64,000 nucleotides of DNA from Octopus bimaculoides (Eukaryota): contig NC_068981.1 of assembly GCF_001194135.2 (NCBI RefSeq), forward strand, positions 170,709,316 through 170,773,315. The letters run 5' to 3'. Below the pieces are notes generated by a model. The model was not told the origin of the DNA. It made no database searches and worked only from the letters and a program-made list of their open reading frames with translations. The position numbers and the translations under genes are program-made. How positions within the stretch are numbered: the stretch's first letter is position 1; the number at the start of each line of letters is the position of its first letter. Positions 1-13,694 of this stretch are shown here, piece after piece.

Positions 1-290
1 CACGGCTGTATTTTTTGAAATTGTTTAACCAATCAGGATAAAATGCTCATTCGCTGAACTGTGAAGACGATATTACTTTATATATACTCACGTAATTTAA
101 TTATTCAGCATTATCACAACTCTGTGCTGAACGGTTACTTACGGAAAGCTTTTTCATCTTAATTAAAATAGAATATCATTCTAGCTTTAGTATTCACGTA
201 CCATTTTTCCGCCCTGTTTCGCACCTATGTGCATACTTATATGTGTGGGGGTTTCAGGGGTGGGGGTCTCTGTGTGTGTGCGCGCGCCTA

Positions 291-342
291 AGTCTTATGG
301 CTAAGATCAAGGTCTAATATCTGTTCTTATCAGTTTAAAATA
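291..342 (+). pseudogene. U2: U2 snRNA 5' fragment (pseudogene)
   Basis: AGTCTTATGGCTAAGATCAAGGTCTAATATCTGTTCTTATCAGTTTAAAAT aligns to the conserved U2 5' region (GGCCTTTTGGCTAAGATCAAGTGTAGTATCTGTTCTTATCAGTTTAATAT). The branch-point pairing segment is mutated, and homology stops in a (TA)n tract with no Sm site or 3' stem-loops. Confidence 0.85.
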
Positions 343-700
343 TATATATATCATATACGGATATATATAATCTGGTGATAATTTACATCATACAGACTAG
401 TGCAGGCAAGAATAAAATGATTAATTATACACTAAAATAAAATATAATTGCATTGTGTTGGCTGCAGAATGGTCCTCATTCTCTGGATATCAACTGGTAA
501 AATAAATATATTCATCTCATACCTCCTGATTTTCTGTACATTTTATATTGTGTTATATATATATATATATAAGAGAGAGAGTGAAAACAACTCAAAAGCC
601 GCAAAAGTACTGACTTAATGACTGACAAAGGGAAGTAACTCCACAGGTTATATACTCGGATTGCGATTTCTGATTTTGAAGGAGACCCTTGTAATCCCAT

Positions 701-863
701 TCAGCGCCTAGTGTTAAACTCAACTACCTCTGTCAGTCTTATAAGAAAAACAGCTGAAAACATGTACTGATTTTCAAAACGGTAAAGCATATATTTTCAA
801 CGGCTTTTCTTATAATACTGACGGAGGTAATTGAGTTTAACCCTAGGTGTTATGAGTCGCTGA
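701..863. mobile_element. MITE-like inverted-repeat element
   Basis: The left arm 701-749 (TCAGCGCCTAGTGTTAAACTCAACTACCTCTGTCAGTCTTATAAGAAAA) matches the reverse complement of 805-863 with a few substitutions and one 10-nt indel. Confidence 0.6.
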
Positions 864-1064
864 TGAGGATTAAAATGGTCGACATCAAAATCTGAAATCA
901 CAATCTGACTTACCTCCCTTTGTCGGTCAATAAGACAGTGATTTTGTGACTTCTGACTTCTCTGAACAAAAGCGGTGCTAGTCAGTACCTACTGTCAATT
1001 TTGTGACCTCTATTAATTTTGCCTTTAAATTGTAATTGTTAATAATCCATCCTTTTTAAATTTG

Positions 1065-1136
<72 letters not shown>
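1065..1136. repeat. (TATC)n microsatellite
   Basis: Direct reading; it explains the YLSI-repeat ORF. Confidence 0.95.
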
Positions 1137-3248
1137 CCTTTTGATCGACACCACCCATTTTTTTTTTTCCTTCCTTCCCCCTCCCAAAAAGAAAAGCTCT
1201 ACATTGTATTTGTCCCATCTTCGTTGAGCCCTGTGTGGCTAATAAAAGAAATGTATCTATCTATCTATCTATAGATAGATAGACACGTAGATAGTTATAT
1301 ACACATATATGTGTGTCTGAGTATATGTATATGTGTAGATTTATAAATATACGTATGTATATCGAACTGATTTGGTCCATCAATTTTTCAATGTATTTTT
1401 GGTGTACCGTCACGAGAAACAGTACTTTCTGGCATCTGTACATCTGGCGCAGTCCATCAATCTGTAGCCCTGTACTTGGCCGATTCCCCTCCTAATGAGT
1501 GACAAATAGAAAGGAACAAACACAGAAAGCATTAAATTGACTCTTGCACTATGTTGCTTAGAATGTATTGATCCCTAAAAGGGGATCCGAATCGATTGCC
1601 ACATGGCAATTTGACGATAGTTTCCAGAAAGGCACTTATGTGGTGTACATAAAATTCATTATATCTCGTATATTTCCACAGTCTTTTGGAAGAAGAAAGT
1701 CATACAATAATACAACATTAATTCGTTGAGACATTTATGTTTTCTGCACTTGGATCAGACATCTCGAGATATATTGGTTTCAGCATAATTATACGAAATG
1801 TAATTCTACCATAAATTTAATTAATTGTTGAAAACTTTAAGCTATTCATTCGTTCCCTGTAATATATTCGGTCTAGGCTTACAGTGTAGCAACAACATAT
1901 TCATGATAATATATAATCTGTTGATTATATATTGTATTAGATGCACTGTGTTATCATTTGCGGATCTCAATGTCAGACATGCCCTCACGCATACACATTC
2001 ACACAAACCCGTACATATGCATTTAAGCATGTACGCATGTATATACATATTTATGTACGTGCGCGTGCGTGTGTATGTGCTTATACGTATATACATACAT
2101 ATATGCATATATATCTGCTTATGTATGTGTGAGTATCTATATATACATACATACATACATACATACTAATCACTATTTTTATTTCCATTGCTTCTTTATT
2201 AGTTTTATACGAGAGGTTGGCTGACTTGTTTGTTCTTTGTTTTAGATGCATTTATCAATATTTTAATATGATGATGATAAGCGATAGAATTGAATATAGC
2301 TAAATACAGTATGCTAAACGAAATTGGCAGCAATCACAAAAAGCGCAAAGAAAAACGCCAAGTAATAAAAACATCATTTTAATATCCTCGCAGATTATCC
2401 GTACAATGTCATTGAAAAACGAATGTGAAAACGGTAGCAAGTAATACGAGTCAAACAAAAAGTAAATAAGAAATCACAAAATAAATAAACAAACAGAAAG
2501 AAAAAACAAACAAGGACGTTCATAATGATTCCTATGAGCAACTCAACAAAACAATATGGCGGAAATGTTTATCATTCTCTCTATATACTTCTGTACATTA
2601 ACAAATCTACCTTGTATAAATTGACACGTTCACTATTCTGCAGAATGTCGGCGGAATCGCATTTCAAGTTGGTTGTATGGACTTCCGATGGGCTGTCAGG
2701 TTTGGCAGGCTTTCAGCTGATATTTAGAAAAACACAACACGTTATAGCTAAGTACATAAGTATATGTATATATATAAACTAAGTTGTCATGTTGTCACTG
2801 TGTTTAATGTTGTGTATATTTAGTGTTAGAAATGCATGGGGAAATTTAGGGTGTTCTGTTTTATCCATAAAAATACAATATGATTTATGTATGGATGCGG
2901 GAAAGCATATATACATGCATACATTCATATATATATANNNNNNNNNNNNNNNNNNNNNNNNNNNNNNNNNNNNNNNNNNNNNNNNNNNNNNNNNNNNNNN
3001 NNNNNNNNNNNNNNNNNNNNNNNNNNNNNNNNNNNNNNNNNNNNNNNNNNNNNNNNNNNNNNNNNNNNNNNNNNNNNNNNNNNNNNNNNNNNNNNNNNNN
3101 NNNNNNNNNNNNNNNNNNNNNNNNNNNNNNNNNNNNNNNNNNNNNNNNNNNNNNNNNNNNNNNNNNNNNNNNNNNNNNNNNNNNNNNNNNNNNNNNACAC
3201 GACTGTGTCCTGTTTGCCAAGGGAAGTTATCCCTCTCACCTCGATCTG

Positions 3249-3305
3249 CAGCACGAACGTATCCGGATTTCAGGGTTATTTCCCTTCGTCGGCGTCCGAC
3301 AGCTG
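3249..3305 (-). ncRNA. Minimal type I hammerhead ribozyme motif (U4C core variant)
   Basis: The minus strand reads CAGC-TGT-CGGACG CCGACGA AGGG-AAATAA-CCCT GAAA TCCGGA TA CGTTCG-T-GCTG. It gives stem I of 6 bp plus 4 bp, stem II of 4 bp, a palindromic stem III (ATCCGGAT) and an AUA cleavage triplet. Confidence 0.7.
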
Positions 3306-4091
3306 ATGACCTTGGTGAGAGAGACAAAAACCTGGCAAACTTATATCTTCTTTTCCAGTGAAATTCTTCACTGATATTGAAAAGGTGAAAACAAGCAATG
3401 TTAATTCTCTAAATGAAGTATTAACAGTAACTGCACGATAAAGTGTAGTATATTGCCACTTAAGTGTGGCTGAACCCTAGGGGTATGTTTGTATGTCGTG
3501 TGTGTGTGTGTGTGTGTGTGTGTGTCTGTGTGTGTGTGTGCGTGCATGTGTAATATAAGATGTGGATTCAGAGAACCTTACGACCAAGACAGTAAGCTCA
3601 GCGTACAAAGAGGGCTATTACTCCACATAGAAATCGATTTCAGTGTATTGCAAAGTATCCATGTTATGATAAACACAAGCGATAAGATTATTCTACAAGG
3701 CGTATGTAAAAACATTTAAGAGGCACGAAAGGTTAATATTAACTTTCATAAATTTACGGCCGTTTCTTAACCTACTTCACGTAACAATGATTTAAGAATT
3801 TATATGTATATGTGTGGATAAATATACATAGTTGTCATTTGAAAATATGATTGTGTAGTCACAAATTAATACAATGAAAGAGAGCTGGCTCGTTGGCTCA
3901 CCAGAATATCATGTTTACATGAACAAATGATATAGACACATATGAGATTTGATATTATGATAATAAACGATTGGAGATATTTAATCACTGATACACTTAG
4001 TGCTCAGCAACCTCGCCGGTAGTTGTTGCTATATCATTATAACTATGTGAATTCAACAAATGGGATGAATGGATCTCCAATACAACATATT

Positions 4092-4318
4092 CATTTCTGC
4101 TCAAGGCACAAGGCCCGAATTTTTTGGGGAGGGGGCTAGTCGATTAGATCGACCCCAATACGCAACTGTATTTAATTTATCGACCCCGAAAGGATGAAAG
4201 GCAAAATCGACCTCGGCGGAATTTGAAGTCAGAACGTCAAAAACAGACGAAATACCGCTAAAAATTTCATTTCGCCCGGCGTGCTAACGGCTTCTTCCAG
4301 CGCGCTGCCTATCCATTG
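4092..4318 (-). mobile_element. tRNA-derived SINE, family A (Meta-domain-like core)
   Basis: The minus strand has a tRNA-like head (GTTAGCACGCCGGGCGAAA...TTCAAATTCCGCC) followed by GCCTTTCATCCTTTCGGGGTCGATAAA. It is homologous to the copy at 25602-25828. A candidate TSD CAACATATT lies at 4083-4091 and 4319-4327. Confidence 0.85.
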
Positions 4319-4443
4319 CAACATATTAAGAGAATAGGAGATACATAAGCACAGGTTCCCTCACAGAATATGTAGGTGCTTCCTTTGAACATTGATCAAC
4401 TATCTGACAAGCATTATATGTACATATATGGATGTATGTGTGT

Positions 4444-4482
<39 letters not shown>

Positions 4483-5599
4483 GATAGATAGATATATACA
4501 TACATATATNNNNNNNNNNNNNNNNNNNNNNNNNNNNNNNNNNNNNNNNNNNNNNNNNNNNNNNNNNNNNNNNNNNNNNNNNNNNNNNNNNNNNNNNNNN
4601 NNNNNNNNNNNNNNNNNNNNNNNNNNNNNNNNNNNNNNNNNNNNNNNNNNNNNNNNNNNNNNNNNNNNNNNNNNNNNNNNNNNACAAATTGCATTCCTAT
4701 ATTCATTATGCTGGATCCAGTATTTTTATAATTTGCAAGTCATTATGAAAGCGTAAAAGTACATTTAGCGGTTCAGGTTTCCCAGAGACTTTTCATGATA
4801 TAATTAATGTATTTTCCTGATAGGGTTTTTTAAATTTCCAAATGATTTCGATTTATCAACTCGTTCTTCTTCTACAATGCGCTCTTACATTATATCTGAT
4901 CAAACTTCTCGTGATCTGCTGATTGGTTCGTAATTTTGTTTTTAATTCTCAATGTTTATTTTCACTTCGTTTTGCCAGTTATCATTGGAAGAATTATGTG
5001 AGTGTGTGTGTATGCGGTCGTGTGTGATTATGTGTTTGTGTGTGTGTTTGTGTGTTTGTGCGTGTGATGTGTGTGTGTGTGTGTGTGTTTGTGCGTGTGT
5101 GTGTGTGTGTATGTGTGTGTGTGTGTGTGTTTGTGTTATTGAGTTTATGCTGATTGATTTTGGATGGTTTTAGTCTTATTGTATTCTTATCAGTGTTTTA
5201 CATTGGCGTTTGGCTGTCGATATGTCGGCTTTGTTACTTATTTCTTTCATTTACTGGGAGCATACTTTCCACATGTATGTGGCTTTTTAATATTAATTTG
5301 ATGTCAAATTTTGTTTCATCAATGAATGTCTCACCAAGCAATTTGTTTTCGTCGTGATACGAATTTTCCCATCCAGTTCTTTTTATTTCTAGAATCAAAA
5401 TTTATTTTGCTACATATGGCACACTCTATCTGCATCATGGATAATTTTTTTGTTTTTACTTTCATGCTGTCGTTTCTTGAAAATCGCCTGCGCTGGTTAA
5501 ATTCGTGTAGGTTCTTTCTCATGATAATACGGCTATATACCACATAAATTTCTCACGATCTTTACTAAGTGTGCTATCAAGATGTTAATTTTTGCATGT

Positions 5600-5960
5600 A
5601 TTGATACAGCAGAGCTCAAAGAGATTAAAAGACCATATATATCCTATAATGCAAGTGAAGGATTTAGCTGTTGCTACATACAATTTCTGGCAATGGTTTT
5701 GTGTTTTGAATTAATGGTGTTTTGTTAGGGGTTGTGAACTACTAATCGATGGTGACTAATACGTTTGTAGAATGAATTTGCTACGTACACAATAATTTCG
5801 ATAGCAGGTTGTTTTTTTCTATTTCAGGTGACATATTCTGGGTTTGTTTTAACCAAGATTATTATTTCGTCAACATATTGTGAATACAACACGATCTTGA
5901 TGTTAGATGCTGTTTCAGTAGCATGCCCCACCGTAACATAAAGACGTTGACTATATCACC
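5600..5960 (-). pseudogene. Possible highly decayed Penelope-type reverse transcriptase remnant
   Basis: One minus frame reads KIVLYSQYVDEIIILVK (RYVDD-like) and a downstream frame reads EIVCSN (ICS-like). The region is heavily disrupted. Confidence 0.3.
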
Positions 5961-6643
5961 AGCAAATTCAGCACAATATCTACATCTACCTACTTATATA
6001 TAGTATTAAACTGTAACTGAATTCTGTCTTTTTTATCCAGGTAAAAATACCACGTGCCTTTATCCATTTTATACGGTCATGTTCCAATGGAATTTAGATG
6101 GGTTTCAGCTGTGCTTCCCAAGATAGCTTTGAGTGTTAGTATTTTACTGTCAACATAATGGTGAAAGATCTGTATTTTTCTAGTCGGACATGATCTGGCT
6201 TTTTCAGATCGTGTTTAAGAATATATTATTACATGTAAGTTTTATGACATCTCCGAGCTCATAGGTATCGGCAAGGGGAAATAACACATCACTCTCGTAG
6301 ATTATCTTCGTACATTACTACAAAATTTTCCATCAATCTTAATTGATGAATATGGTGATCATGCATCGATGCTGCTTATAATGATATGTATGTGGCTATA
6401 AGAGGGCTTGCTCTCACTAATTCCGTTGAGAGATATGTAAATGAAGAAATAAAATACCAAACCTATATCCCATCAATATCTCACACGCTTGCCATGGCGA
6501 TGTTAACATACGTCTATAGTACAGAAGAATAGTCAGAGTGTGATTCTAAATAACTTTAAAATGTAAACCCATTGAGAAATTTACAGGAAGAGTGAGAAAA
6601 GGTTTTGTGGGAAAAGATAAACTATAACAATGATATCTAATAA

Positions 6644-6702
<59 letters not shown>

Positions 6703-7770
6703 TTTATATGTGCATAAATACATGCGTGCACACATAAACGTTATCAAACATACATACACACATACAGACATACCCAAAAATGTATGTATTGATTAATGTC
6801 GAAGATGTCAACCACAAGTTTCTATTTGTTCGATCAACTGAACTACTTGCTCATCGAATAAACTTACATTTTTGTCGAATGTCTTGGTGTCTAAGGCTGG
6901 GAGCTTCGGCTGTGTTATATCTTAACATGGATACTGCAGAGCGTGTCAAAGAATAAGATATTCCAACTTGAGGGTTCACAAACATAACAAAAATATTTCC
7001 TGTAAACAGTATTTTAATTCTCAGATTATCTCAGAAGTTAACTTATTCGTCATATGAATACCAAAATATTCAATTTCCAGTAAAACACAGGCTTGTCATG
7101 AATGAGAGTTTAAAAAGAAATCATTGAAATGACTTTGGGTAGATGCGATATTTTCACATTCATATTTATGCAAGTACAAGAATTGTTTTAAGTCAGATCT
7201 CCCAGTCATCACAAACCATCCAAACAACACCAAGTATACTACCTATGCAACGCATCGCATCGAGGACTTAACGAGGATTCGTACTGACGCTGTAATTCAT
7301 ATATTATTGTAAATTCGATACTCATACTGCTGGTAATTCATGTTGAAATCTGCATATTACAGATCGACGTTACTAAGATACAATAACACAAGACATGCAC
7401 GTCAACGAGTACCAACTGTGCTGCAGGCAGACATATTTCTGCATATATATGTATATGTGTGTGTTTATGTGTGTGTGTCCGTGTGTGGGAGCGCTCGAGA
7501 GAGCCCATATATATACATATATTCAAACATATATACGTATATATATATGTGTGTATGTATATATACGCATAGATATATGTGTGTGCGCCTATATAAGTGT
7601 ATATATATATATATACTTACATACGCACGCACACAAGCACACACACACACAAACATACATTTAGATGTACACTCAAAAGATATGCCGGTGCGTTTAATAT
7701 AGATTTTGCTCCTGCTAGAAGCTGTCGATATATCACACTGTCATCATATGTATATATACATATATATATT

Positions 7771-7826
<56 letters not shown>

Positions 7827-10032
7827 TACATATATATATATACAAGTGTGCGTATGTGTATGTGTGTGTGTGTGTTTGTATTTCCATATTTAACTATATA
7901 TTTACGTACATATATCTGTGTGTATGTGTGTGTGTTTGTGTGTGTTTGTGTGAGTGTTGCTGTGTATATGTATGTTGGTGTGGTTACGAACATGGTATTG
8001 TGCTTTTGCGTGTGATTGCTCGCGAATGTGTGTGCATACATTATGTACCAAAACAGCTGCATAGCTCATTAAGTATGAGACAGACATAATAAATTCTGAA
8101 AACAGAAAATTATTATGAAACAACATTGAATATAACATATTGGTAGACAACAATAAATATTGCAGCACGTGGCGATAATCCATCATCTTCAGATATTAAC
8201 GGATATAAATTTAAATGAATATATACACACACTTGCGCGCGAGCATGTGTTATAAGTTTCCATACGCAGCTGTCTTGTTTATAGAAAGATATTATTACAC
8301 ACACATGCCAGTGTACGAATATACAACCTAAAATCTCTATTTTTCTCATTTTCATGTGCTTGTGTTAGTGTGAGTTTGTATGTTTGTGCGCGGACGTGTG
8401 TGTGTATGTGTTTGCATGCATGTGTTTGTGTAAGCGCGCGCGTGTGTACGAATGGACGTAGAGTTTTACTTTCAAACCGATACTTGACCCAAATTCTTTA
8501 GACAAAATATATTCTGGCAAATACATCGAAGTCGAAGCGGTGGTGTTAAACTGGATGAAACTGTCCTTCCAAATATCTCCAAAATGTTTCTCTCAAACCA
8601 TTTTAACCCACAACAGGCTGGTGTACTGGATTCGTTTGTCTTACACATAAATGTTTAATTTTTATACAAAATGACATATGTACAAACATAATTCATTCGA
8701 TATTCAACTATGAAACAATTTTATCAACACAATATATATGGATTGATACATTTGTTTCAATAATATTAAAACCTTGAATTTTGAGATAGATAATTTACAC
8801 TTTGAAGATACATTTGACTATAGTTATCAGAAAAGCGGGCAACCGATTTTGCTATAAAAAGAAAACTATTATTGAAAACAACGCATAGTGGTTTAAAATG
8901 CGAATAAGTAAGAAAAAGTAATGTACAGCAGCATTTCTTGAAAGGATTTTGATAAGGCTCAGTTGCGATATTTCATGAAGAATCTGGTAATCACGCCCTT
9001 ATTGTGATCATCGTATTGTAATATATAAGGTTTAAAATAGCTGGTCGTGATTTGCAATATGATAAAATTCTAGGAAAAACGTATGTTAGTGAAAACGTGT
9101 TTCGGGTGATCACTGTTATAATCTAGTATAAATCTCACTGATTATATTTTTGACGAATTGAATTCTGATGCATAAATTTATTTTCTATTTTGTAACTTGG
9201 AATCTTTCCGCAAGAATGAAGAATTTTGTAAATGTTCTAAACATGTTTACTACGATTCTCGCTCGGCGATGTTCCGATGTAGCAAATACGGTCTTAATAT
9301 AAATGTCATACCATGAAGTTTGTATATTTAGATTTTCGTTTAGAAGTAGAGAGTAGTCGTTTTTGGCTTAAGTTTTATTATTTTTTCGAGTTATAAAATG
9401 GTTAAAGTAAAACATGCATTCCGGGAAATAGCAAAATATCGTCTTGCAAAGAAATCAATCAATAAACAAGACCAGATATAATTCCTAAAATCTAAGAAAA
9501 TAGAGAAATGAAAATTGTATTGAAATCTAGCGTCTAAAAGGGAAACACCAAGTCTGATAAATCTTTCATGTATTTTATTTCCGTTTCAAACTCAATGCAA
9601 CTAATGATATCAATATGATATTGAAATGAACGCTACCATTATAATAAGGGTTTTTTAAATACATAGAGTCAAATTTCAAAGTTATTTAGAAAAAGAAACA
9701 AGTTAGAAATATCGGTAAAAAGATTATGAAAGGCTCTTTACAAATCATTTCGTTTCTTCGGTAAAAGATATTTGCAAGAAAAACTAAAATTTTGTTAATA
9801 ATGGACAGAAGTATAGAGACACTTAGTGGATTATTTCATACTATTCATGGTTGGTTTATCGAGAACGATCAATAACTGGTCATCAGATTCTTCGGCATTT
9901 CCGAATTAAATTTAATTTTGATATTGCTTCATTGTTGGAGTCAATTCTTTGTAAGAATGTATTCTTTCCCTCCACTTCATATTTTTTGTTCATCCTTTCC
10001 TTTCTCTCTTTCTGTCTCATCTCATTCTCTTT

Positions 10033-10035
<3 letters not shown>

Positions 10036-10074
<39 letters not shown>

Positions 10075-10103
10075 CTCTCTCTCTCTCTCTCTCNNNNNNN
10101 NNN

Positions 10104-10187
<84 letters not shown>
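10036..10187. repeat. (CT)n microsatellite with small gap
   Basis: Direct reading; it explains the SLSL/RERE ORFs. Confidence 0.95.
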
Positions 10188-10190
<3 letters not shown>

Positions 10191-11229
10191 GTATACATAC
10201 ACACTCGCATACACACAAGCACATATTTCTGTATGTGTGAATATATGTGTATGCATGTGATTTCTGTGTGAGTATCTTATGCTTACTGAACCATTAAAAT
10301 GCCTTTCACTAATCGTTTCTTGTATTCACTAGCGTCTTGTTGATTTTTGTAAAGTGAGACAGCTTTATTTTCGACATCTTCAGCAGCCAGCATCAGAAAA
10401 AAAAGGGGATTAAATTGTATTATGAGAATTAGCTACTGGTGAATAAACGGAGACGCTCGATATTTTCAATAAAATGACATTAAGTATGAAGCTTCACTAA
10501 GGAAGCTTAGTGTATGATCCCGTCTATATATTTCTAAGAGCATATTGCTTCTGTATTTCTGTGAAATATATGCTGCGATTGGATGTTATGGGGAGAGAAA
10601 AAGCGATGGCTTAATCATAACATATTCTCTCAATATTCTCAACTGCCATTTTTAATTAACCCACCAACCCACATAAGCGACTGTAGTGATATACGTGATC
10701 ATTCGGTTTCCAGTTATGCTAATATGGAGTGAATATGAAATATATGCAAATATTGAGCTAACAACCCTACAATCGTGAGTCGTATACTCTAGCCATTAAG
10801 TCACTCTCCTTAAAACAACAAAACAATGTTTGCCTTGTTGTATTGTCACTGACAATAGCTATCTAAGAGTAACACTGGAATTGCTTCCCTTCTTTGTTCG
10901 GCGTGAGAATGATGTTAGCTTCATTGTATGTTTTCTAATCATGATTTTGAAGTGCAGTGTGCTTATTTCTGATATTACAATAATTTGAATTTTCAAACCC
11001 TACATGTGAAACCGCTTTATTCTCTATTCACATAATATATATATTGAGGCATTCTGTTGAGGAGTATCTTGTTCTTCTCATGTGAAAAGAGCATCTGCGA
11101 GTACCAAATGCACAATGCCCAAAACAACAGGTAGCTTCTCTATATTCCATTTAATACCTCACTTTTCAAGAACACCAATTTCCCCAAATTGGAATGAGGT
11201 CTCTTCACGCCTGTCTTAGGCTCAATTTA

Positions 11230-11420
11230 CACAGTCATGTGAAGTTGCTGGAGAGTGTGGCCAACCACTGGCCACCGAGGTTTCATACTATCCGCTCTTC
11301 CTGCACCATAGAGGCCAAGCTATTGGCCAAGATTAAGGAAGTATTCGAAGATCTTCCCAGGGGTTCAGTGAGGAAAGCAAGTACCACGTTCGGAAGTAAT
11401 CTAAAATTTCAGTATTTAGA
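11230..11420 (+). pseudogene. Tc1/mariner transposase C-terminal fragment
   Basis: The frame reads WPP...LLAKIKEVFEDLPRGSVRKASTTFGSNL, which resembles the helix after the third catalytic residue in Tc1/maT transposases. Confidence 0.4.
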
Positions 11421-13249
11421 TCTTGGTTTACATCTTAATGTACATTATAAAACAACTAAAATCCTTTATGAATATAAGTTATAAATAATCATCACGACAA
11501 ATACGTATTTCAGATAATTGATTGATCAATGTAAATTTATTTATTTATCAATTGCAATATAATTTGAATTAATTATATCGAGCTGTATGAATATTTCCTA
11601 GATATACGCATTTATTTAGAAATTTGAATGTAATTAACATTTAGTGCAATGTTTGCCTTTCATCAATAATTTGCTAATATAGAATGAAGATATATTACAA
11701 AAAGACTAATGGAATATTGCCGTAACCATTTACAATTTTATCATTTTGTTGTCATTATAAATGCCAGTGGGTATATGTTCACATTATTTACACCCTTTTC
11801 CATTTCATATGTATCAAACAGTAATTAGTTACTTTTCCAAAGATGTTACTCACCTCAGGAACTGATTCCGCCTTTCAAACTAACCGGCCAAGCAAGAACA
11901 TGTATGGTTTTATCACACTTATCGATAAATCAATCACAAAACTTTATTTAACTATTTCCAACGTTTAATGGGAATCGAATAACATACACACGAATATACT
12001 CAACTATATATATATACATATATCTTACGTTTGTAATAAACATGTTTTTCTATTGCAATGTTTAATGTATTGTCCCTGATAGACTTCTGTTTTCACTGAA
12101 ATTAAATTCCTTGATCAGTTATATGAGCAATTATATATTATGTAAATTTTATTTGAGATCTCAGTAATGTAAAGAAATATTGTACTAATCTGCGTTACTC
12201 ATACAGAAATACCGAGCGAATGAAAATATTGCTCAAAGAATGGAAATTCAATCAGTGCAAAGAAAATCATTTGTTGAACAGACTAAAAAAAAAGCACGTC
12301 GTTTCCGATTGACAATGCTAGACACAATGTTATCCACACCAATGCTTATATTTAATATGTGTACGTCAGAATGTGCGCGTGAGTGTGTCTGCATTTGCGT
12401 GTACATATGGACAATTGCATCCACACACATATATATATTTATTCTATACGCATACACACGCACACACATATATATGTACATATATGTATATTTGTGTATG
12501 TGTGTGTATGTATTATGAATACATACACAATACTTACAAAAGTAATCCTTTCTTTGCCGTGTATTTGGAGAAGGAATTCGGTTAAAAGTATGATATTTTC
12601 TTGTTATGCTGAACAATTAATGCATTATGTATCATATAGCACTAGTGTTAGTATTGTAGTATCTACAATCATATTTTATGTTTAACGTTATATATATTTG
12701 CATCACTTTTGTTTACTCAATCTCTAACATTCATTTTATTTAATGCCTGTGTTTGTTTAAGAAATCTAGAAATAAATAGCACGGATGCATCTCAGCTCTT
12801 ATTCTCCAAATATTCATGTAGTTTCTTTGCAGATGTACTGCAAGCAATGACAGAGACAAAAAGAAAGTAACAGAGACATCTCTTCTCCAAAATATGGAGG
12901 ACGTCTGCCACTTCTATCAATAGCCGGTAACCATTCAGCCAACAATTCATAGTTTGACATGATGGTTGAATGGAAATGTTACCCATATATATCATATATA
13001 CCATATTGCTAAAATTTCAGTAGAAATTTCTGTTTCGTTGCCAGAAGAGTTTTAGCTTATATTTAAAATATATTCTTCTTACTTGTCTAAAACCATAATG
13101 ACTCCGTTTATATCGATTATTTTCAGAAATGTCGCCCAACCAAATACCACCAGATTTGCTACTAGTTAAACCCTCGATCACGCTGCAATCCCTAAAACGT
13201 ATCCACACTGCTCTCAATAAATATTATCCATGCATACACCCTCTTAGCA

Positions 13250-13520
13250 CTTACAAAGTCACCAAATACGAAACATATTTCGATTACTCTAATCCAACAA
13301 TGTGACCAGGCTGGACGGCGTTTCATCCAACATCCTCAAATACTTCAGAGATTGCTTGTATCCCCATGAAATATTTAGATTTTTCACGGTATGTTTATGC
13401 CTTTAACTTTTTGAAATTGTCACAATGTCTGAAAAGTCGTTGCACTGTCTTCTATCTCAAGCAGGTCACGTCTATAAATCTGTTAAATTAAATGTACCAC
13501 ATCTTCCCACAGCTCACCAT
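13250..13520 (-). pseudogene. Decayed CR1/L2-type LINE RT C-terminus
   Basis: With one frameshift the minus strand reads IE-TVQRLFRHCDNFKKLKA*TYREKSKYF, similar to the CR1 motif IE.VQRRFT....L..L.Y.ERL. Confidence 0.4.
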
Positions 13521-13694
13521 TTCCTTCACTTCCAGGTGCAACCTAAATATATCAGTGCTAATTCCATAACCGAAAACTCTACAGAAGTTTATAAAATAAA
13601 ATCTGGAAACAGTCTAACTCAAGAGAACAGCGTCATAGTTAAGGAAGTATTTGATTTCTCGACCATCTTTCTCGTTAAAGACATCTTCTAGACA

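Noticed and set aside
3303-3330. Plus-strand CTGATGA next to the minus-strand hammerhead
   Set aside because: It has no downstream GAAA or stems.
3455-3480. Hairpin GCCACTTAAGTGTGGC followed by CTAG, Helitron-like 3' end
   Set aside because: The spacing is short, the next base is G rather than T, and no matching 5' TC end was identified.
3745-3810. Minus-strand GAAACGGCCGTA with a 7-bp potential stem I
   Set aside because: No recognisable CUGANGA core or stem II is present.
8880-9420. Possible non-autonomous DNA transposon
   Set aside because: I could not identify TIRs or a TSD.
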